DNA of 64,000 nt from Octopus vulgaris (taxonomy: Eukaryota): assembly GCA_951406725.2 (NCBI GenBank), contig OX597819.1:46128001-46192000 (forward strand). The letters are read 5' to 3'. The translations under genes and the position numbers were made by a program. This document shows positions 57,236 through 64,000 of this stretch, piece by piece (position 1 is the first letter of the stretch; every line of letters begins with the position of its first letter). The notes below the pieces were generated by a model. That model was given only the letters and a program-made list of their open reading frames with translations, had not been told where the DNA came from and did no database searches.

Positions 57236-57411
57236 GTTTCTTTATTAGCCACACAGGGCTGCACACAGATAGAACAAATTACAAGGTAGAGCTTTTCTTT
57301 TGAATGTTAAAAAAAAAAAAAAAAAAAAAAGTAAGGGGGAGTTTCGATCAAAAGGGATCGTAAAAGGAGAGAAGGAGGACAAAAAAAGGGGGTTAAAAAA
57401 AGGGGGAGAGG

Positions 57412-57444
<33 letters not shown>

Positions 57445-57857
57445 CAATAGGGATCGTTATCACAGAAATGTCAATATGAAGTGTAAAGGGGAGGACAGGT
57501 GAGGTTTACCCGTGGAAAGAAAAGCCTACGGAAAAGACCACGGTAACCTCGGTCAATGAAGTCACATTTTATATTTCTTTTTTTTTTTTTTTTTTTTTTG
57601 CAAATAAGCAACTCTCTGTTTTCGATTTCTGGGTTCATAGGACTATGCTCAAGGTGGCTTCGTCATTCATACGTGCCATTCTTGCTACATTCACCCATCT
57701 TTTTTTAAAACATTCGCTAGACAAAACTTGCCTCTCTACTCTCACTTTCCTTTTCAAGTGGTACTTGAAGAAGTTGATGAGAGATTGACCAGAGAGGAAA
57801 GTGTTTGTCTCCAATCCTTTCAGACGCGTCCACCAGATACATTCTTTCGCCATAGCC

Positions 57858-57858
<1 letters not shown>
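57236..57858 (-). mobile_element. L1/Tx1-like LINE 3' end inserted in (GATA)n
   Basis: Open frame KECIWWTR..FFKYHLKRKVRVER..FKKRW..* (stop at 57635), T-rich 3' UTR, terminal aataaagaaac; GATA repeats on both sides. Confidence 0.7.
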
Positions 57859-57939
<81 letters not shown>

Positions 57940-58029
57940 GGGAAAGTTTACGAAAATAAACAAAAGACGAAGGCAGGTGGAGTACAAACAAACAAATGTA
58001 TTAGTATAGCGCTCAGGAATAGAAAAAAA

Positions 58030-58065
58030 TTTTTACGTTTCGAGCGTACGCTCTTCGACAGAAAG
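58030..58065 (-). ncRNA. Hammerhead-like motif, family B (A6U), in element 57940-58143 within (GATA)n
   Basis: Minus strand cttt-CTGTCGA-a-GAGC-gtac-GCTC-GAAAC-GTA-aaaa. Confidence 0.68.
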
Positions 58066-58143
58066 ATACACAGAAAAAAAAAACAAGGAGAGAAACAAGG
58101 AGAGAAAAAATGCGTGTAGGAGCTAACGATCTATCATGGCGTG

Positions 58144-58235
<92 letters not shown>

Positions 58236-58242
58236 CCTATAT

Positions 58243-59201
58243 TCTTTTATTCTTTTATTCTTTTACTTATTTCAGTCATTTGGCTGCTGCCATGCTAGAG
58301 CACTACCTTTTAGTCGAGCAAATCGACCCCAGGACTTAATTCTTTGTAAGCCTAGTACTTATTCTACCGGTCCCTTTGGCCGAACCGCTAAGTTATGGGG
58401 ACGTAAAGACACCAGCATCGGTTGTCAAGCGATGTTGGGGGTCAAACACAGACACACAAACACACACACACACACACACACATACATATACATATACATA
58501 CATACATACATACATACATACATACATACATACATACATACATACAGTCTGGATGCAAAGAGAACGGAGATAGTGATAAAACTACAAGTAGAGAAGGCTT
58601 TCAGACCCATCTGGTAGGATATCACTTGCATTGCCAGAAGAAGGAAATGCGCAACTGTAGAGGTGCGATTTGAAAGCGAGGAGAAGGCCAGGCAACATTC
58701 GGTAGCCGCCCTGAAAACGGATGAGGTAATACTTCTACCTACTTTTCTTAGAAGACGTGCTTCCTGAGTAAGAGTGGAAGAGATAGCCCGGAGGTAGATG
58801 TCGCCTCGCTGGTGGCTGCAATACTGCTGGATGTAGAAGAGAAGATAGAGGTCCTCCAAGTAACGAGAACATCACCGAAGAATTGACAAGAGTAGACCCT
58901 GGAGATAATCATCCACGCTGCTTCGGAGGACCTTGAAAGAATGGTCGGCACCATAAGAGCGAGCGAGAAGGTGGAATTGAGAGTTATAGAGGAGGGCTGG
59001 AAGACCCAATGTTATAGATGTGGACAGAAAGGCCACATAAGAGCGGAGTGTTGTCCGCCGATTTCAAAGACACCAGCAGTACTACAGGCCCGAAGGAAAA
59101 TCGCACCTCCACTTCCTGAACTGACAAGTGGCAGAGGAAGTACAGTAAGGTGACAAACACAGACACACTCACATAAATATATGTATCTATGAATGTAAAT
59201 G

Positions 59202-59269
<68 letters not shown>

Positions 59270-59376
59270 ACGGGCTTCTTTGAATTTATGTCTATCAAAT
59301 CCATTCACAAGGCTTTGGTCGGTCCGAGGCATGATAGTAGAAGACACTCGCCCATGGTGCCACGCAGTGGAACTGA
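58243..59376 (-). mobile_element. SINE family 2 split by a 600-bp insertion
   Basis: 3' module 58243-58460, 5' module 59268-59376. Confidence 0.8.
58547..59152 (+). mobile_element. Decayed gag-like ORF1 fragment with CCHC zinc knuckle (probably L1/Tx1-type)
   Basis: EGWKTQCYRCGQKGHIRAEC = CX2CX4HX4C; the upstream frame has stops. Confidence 0.75.
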
Positions 59377-59866
59377 AATGGCAAAATGCTTAAAGCGGCA
59401 TTTCGTCCGTCTTTAAGTTCAGAGTTCAAATGCCGCCTAGGTCGACTTTGCTTTACATCATTTTCGAATTCGATGAAATATATACCAGCTCAATACTGGG
59501 ATAAATGTAATAGACTAGTTCCCTACCACAAAATTTCAGGGCTTCTGCCAATAATAGAAAGGAGATAAGGAGATTTCTTATATAAAACGCTAGTTGCGTG
59601 TATTTGAAGGAGTAGCTATACGGAAGAAGTTAGATTCTGTTTCATTTGACGTTTGACTTTGAGAAGATCTTGTATTGTCCTATAGATAGTACTAGAGATA
59701 ATAAAGCCATAAAACTCTAAAATGGCAACAGGTTCGCAAAACACAGACCCCCTTCACTGGGCCTGTTGCATATTTTCTGTATGATTTCTCTCATTATGAT
59801 ATTTGATATATTTTGTTTACGTGATAAGAATTTAGAAACTTCGATAAGAATGAAATAACTCGTTTT

Positions 59867-60145
59867 TAACGGTGAAACTCGAAGTAGATAAAGCTATAAG
59901 TAATCTTTTCTACTATAGGCACAAGGCCTGAAAATTTTGGTGCGAGAGAATTAGTCGGTTAGATCGGCGTTAATGCGCAGCTAATATCTATTTCATCGAC
60001 CAGAAAAAGATGAGAAGCGAAGTCGGCCTCCGCGGAATTTGAACGCAGAACGTAAAGATGGACGAATCGCTACTAGGCATGTTTTTTAACCCAGTGTTTT
60101 ACACGGTATTATTTAAAGCTTTATCTACTTCGAGTTTCACCGTTA
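59867..60145. repeat. 29-bp perfect inverted repeat enclosing a SINE family 1 copy (59903-60080, -)
   Basis: taacggtgaaactcgaagtagataaagct (59867-59895) / agctttatctacttcgagtttcaccgtta (60117-60145). Confidence 0.9.
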
Positions 60146-60230
60146 TCAACGAATTGCCTCATTTATATTTAGTGTCCTATATCTTCGGCATTTTATTGCG
60201 TAGTCGTTATGTCTTAATTATATTCATATA

Positions 60231-60930
60231 GGCGCAGGAGTGGATGTGTGGTAAGTAGCTTGCTTACCAACCACATGGTTCTGGGTTCAGTCCCACTGCG
60301 TGGCACCTTGGGCAAGTGTCTTCTACTATAGCCTCGAGTCGACCAAAGCCTTATGGGTGGATTTGGTAGACGGAAACTGAAAGAAGCCCGTCGTATGTAT
60401 GTATAAATATATATATATATATATATATAGTTAATCCAAACATGAAAACACAAAGAGAAAACACAACAACGCGAGGACGTGGAACAAATACAGTATTATT
60501 GGATGCTTAGGAAGGAAGGGAAGAAGAAGGGTTTTACGTTTCGAGCGGAGCTCTTTGTTAGAAACATAGGAAAAGGAAAGATCCAGAGAAGGGAAGACGG
60601 AGAGAAAAAAATCGCCACGGTACACACGCGGTCACATTTTATATATATATGTGTATGTGTGTGTCTGTGTATGCGTGTGTGTGTGTGTATGTGTGTGTGT
60701 ATGTGTGTGTGTGTGTATGTTTGTGTGTCTGTGTTTGTCCCCCTATTATCGCTTGACAACCGATGCCGGTGTGTTTACGGCCCCGTAACTCAGCAGTTCG
60801 GGAAAAGAGACCGATAGAATAAGTACTAGGCTTACAAAGAATAAGCCCTAGGGTCGATTTGCTCGACTAAAGGCGGTGCTCCAGCATGGCCGCAGTCAAA
60901 TAACTGAAACAAGTAAAAGAGTAAAAGAGT
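60231..60930 (+). mobile_element. SINE family 2, full length, with a family C element (60429-60640, -) nested in its internal (TA)n
   Basis: Head at 60231, tail gagtaaaagag at 60930; nested hammerhead 60531-60565 has mutated core CTAACAA. Confidence 0.9.
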
Positions 60931-61029
60931 ATATATAAGACTGATATTAGGTAAAGGACTGGTATAAAGACTATCATAAGTGCAACACCAAGGTTCTATA
61001 TTCCTTAACAGGTACTGAATGGTCCCTTA

Positions 61030-61392
61030 CTGGGGGAAGCACTCCGTCGGTTACGACGAGGGTTCCGGTTGATCCGATCAACGGAACAGCCTGCTCGTGA
61101 AATTAACGTGTAAGTGGCTGAGCACTCCACAGACATGTGTACCCTTAACGTAGTTCTAGGGGATATTCAGCGTGACACAGAGAGTGACAAGGCCGGCCCT
61201 TTGAAATACAGGCACAACAGAAACAGGAAGTAAGAGTGAGAAAAAGTTGTGGTGAAAGAGTACAGCAGGGATCACCACCATCCCTGCCGAAGCCTCGTGG
61301 AGCTTTAGGTGTTTTCGCTCAATAAACACTCACAACGCCCGGTCTGGGAATCGAAACCGCGATCCTACGACCGCGAATCTGCTGCCCTAACC
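61030..61392 (-). mobile_element. SINE family 3, full length, alternative tail
   Basis: Same head and body as 24889 but a different 3' ~190 bp. Confidence 0.9.
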
Positions 61393-61651
61393 ACTGGGCC
61401 ATTGTGCCTCCACGGTCCCTTACTAAGCCTTAATAAACGGCCTTATTCAGTACTAAGTGAGATTCTCCACTTGAATAGAAAACCTTGCGTGACATTGATC
61501 AATAGTCTACAACTGAATTGAAACGCACTTAGTTCTGATCAATAGCTTTCATAACAATCAATAATAAAGTTTGTGAATCCCTTTTCCAAAGAACTTTACA
61601 TTTGCTTGTTAGCACAAGATTCCATTATGGTTCGGCTAGTAGTAGTAGTAT

Positions 61652-61719
<68 letters not shown>

Positions 61720-62304
61720 CTGATGGTAGTGATGATAGTGATAGTTTGAGGAGAAAAATCCGGACAAAGGTTATCTGTTTGATGTGGGCCGATTTTCCTT
61801 GTTTCGTCCATCATAAGACAATGCCGCTTTCTTTGAACAATCGGAACCGCAGTAATAAACAGGAGACTCCCATATATAACATTTGGGAATCGGTTATTAT
61901 AAGTTTCTGGGCTTCTTTGACATTAGAGGGAATTATCAAAGCAACTATTCTCTAAAAATAGTAACCTCTATGGCGTTAATTTCATTTTGCTTGACAGAAA
62001 TAAATGATTGTATGACGGCATTTCAGAAACGACCGCTATAAATACCTTTTTAAAATCTGATTTTAGCAAAGAATTCAGCGAAGCGAATGCACAACTGTTT
62101 TCCTTTTCTCTTGACCTTGTTTGTACTAATTTTTTTAAAAAAACGTAGTGACACTGTCGAGCCCAGTTTACATGTCTGTTTCGAATCCTAAATGGGAAGG
62201 AAAATATTATTTAGTATATTTGAGACAATTTGAAAGAAATAAACCAAGTAATATTTAACTATTTTTTCTTCTGTTTTGCTATTTGGATTTAAAGTAACGC
62301 CACC

Positions 62305-63385
62305 AAGCATTTCGCCCGACGTGCTAACGATTCTTTTCTACTCTAGGCACAAGGCCCGAAATTTTGGGGGAGGGTGCCCAGTCGATTAGATCGACCCCAG
62401 TACGCCACTGGTACTTAATTTATCGACTCCGAAAGGATGAAAGGCAAAGTCGACCTCGGTGGAATTTGAACTCAGAAAGGAAAGACAGACGAAATACCTA
62501 TTTCTTTACTACCCACAAGGGGCTAAACACAGAGGGGACAAACAAGGACGGACAAACGGATTAAGTCGATTACATCGACCCCAGTGCGTAACTGATACTT
62601 AATTTATCGACCCCGAAAGGATGAAAGGCAAAGTCGACCGCGGCGGAATTTGAACTCAGAACGTAACGGCAGACGAAATACCGCTAAGCATTTCGCTCGG
62701 CGTGCAACGATTCTGCCAGCTCGCTGGCTTCATCAATACTAACAATTCTTCCTACTATAGGCACAAGGCATGAAATCTTGGGTGAGGGAGCTAGTCGATT
62801 ATATTGACCCCAGTGTTTCATTGGTACTTATTTTATCGACCCGGAAAGGATGAAAGGCAAAGTCGACCTCGGCAGCAATTGAACTAAGACCGTAAAGCTA
62901 GTAAAAAAATACAGCTAAATATTTTGTCCGGCATGGTAACGATTCTGCCAACTCACCACTTTATCAATATTGGTTTCTATTTTTGGCACAAGGCCAGCAA
63001 GGTTGTGGGAGGCCGTAAGTCGATTACACTGACCCCAGTGCTCAACTGATACTTATTTTATCGACACCGAAATGATGAAGGGCAAAATCGACCTCGACGT
63101 AATTTGAACTCAGGACGTAAACGCCGTTTAACATTTTGTTAGGTGCGCTAACATTCTGTCTGCTACCTTCATCTATATTGCTTTCAAGCTTTGGCACAAG
63201 ACCAGCTATTTCGGAGGAGGTCGATAAGATCGATCGCAGTGCTCAACCGGTACGTATTTTATCAACCTCCAAAGAATGAAAAGCAAAGTTGAACTCGGCA
63301 GAATTTTAGCTCAGAACGTAAAGACGAACGAAATGCCTCTAAGTATTCTGCCCGGCGTACTAACGATTCTGCCAGCTCACCGCCT
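62305..63385 (-). mobile_element. Head-to-tail array of about five SINE family 1 units
   Basis: Unit repeated with (c)atcaatat-like spacers at about 62731, 62963, 63170 and 63393. Confidence 0.9.
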
Positions 63386-63502
63386 TTGCCTACATCAATA
63401 TTAATAATAACATTTGTACGATATAGACCAATGAAATGTATTGATCAACAAATTATGGTTAAAGAAATAGCTTTATATTAGTCAATATATTTTTCTTTGT
63501 AC

Positions 63503-63636
63503 TTAATTGGATATTCCCCTATCCTTGTAACGGCATTCTTTTAATGAATCCCAACTCATCAACGACTTCAAACAGCACTCTTCACGAGTTAACGCGTTAC
63601 TTTTTATATAGTCATCCAGCGTGCTTCCACATGTAT
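63503..63636 (-). CDS. Candidate terminal coding exon of a Cys-containing host protein
   Basis: Acceptor gttttcag| at 63637; only one of three frames is open: (D)TCGSTLDDYIKSNALTREECCLKSLMSWDSLKECRYKDRGISN*. Confidence 0.35.
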
Positions 63637-63663
63637 CTGAAAACATGTGCACTATAAAAACAG

Positions 63664-63760
<97 letters not shown>

Positions 63761-63770
63761 TGCTGCTACT

Positions 63771-63815
<45 letters not shown>
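63664..63815. repeat. (CTA)n(CTG)n(CTA)n compound microsatellite
   Basis: Read directly. Confidence 0.97.
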
Positions 63816-64000
63816 GTGTAGCACACCATACTGTCTTACAAAAGCAGGACGCATTGCCGCTAATTTATCATTATGTCTGAAGAACAGAGTGCTCACAGAT
63901 GGAATGTCTCTGATAGCATGTTAACTTTTTCAAGATCGATCTGAGCTAATCGACAAAAAAAAAAAGAAAAAACAGTAGCAGCACTAACAGCAGTAGTATT

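Noticed and set aside
62305-63385. CRISPR-like repeat-spacer appearance of SINE arrays
   Set aside because: Units are ~190-bp SINEs also found dispersed; eukaryotic context and no cas genes.

Overview
Eukaryotic, AT-rich, microsatellite-saturated non-coding DNA, very probably from an octopus. This is inferred from the SINE families, the repeat load and a cytochrome b NUMT that reads in the invertebrate mitochondrial code. Almost all ORFs in the track are translated simple repeats. Recognisable content: three tRNA-derived SINE families (about 30 copies, several in head-to-tail arrays or nested, some with clear TSDs); decayed LINEs (R4/Dong-like, RTE, CR1-group, L1/Tx1-like); a decayed Penelope-like (PLE) RT/GIY-YIG ORF; Tc1, mariner and hAT relics; a cytb NUMT; and two weak candidate host exons. 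The most striking signal is a set of short non-coding elements embedded in (TA)n/(TAGA)n tracts that carry minimal type I hammerhead ribozyme motifs. One family forms near-perfect 160-200 bp fold-back palindromes with a hammerhead on each strand. A second carries an unusual CUGU-N-GA (A6U) core in all four copies. All calls were made by eye; no database search, alignment or folding program was run.
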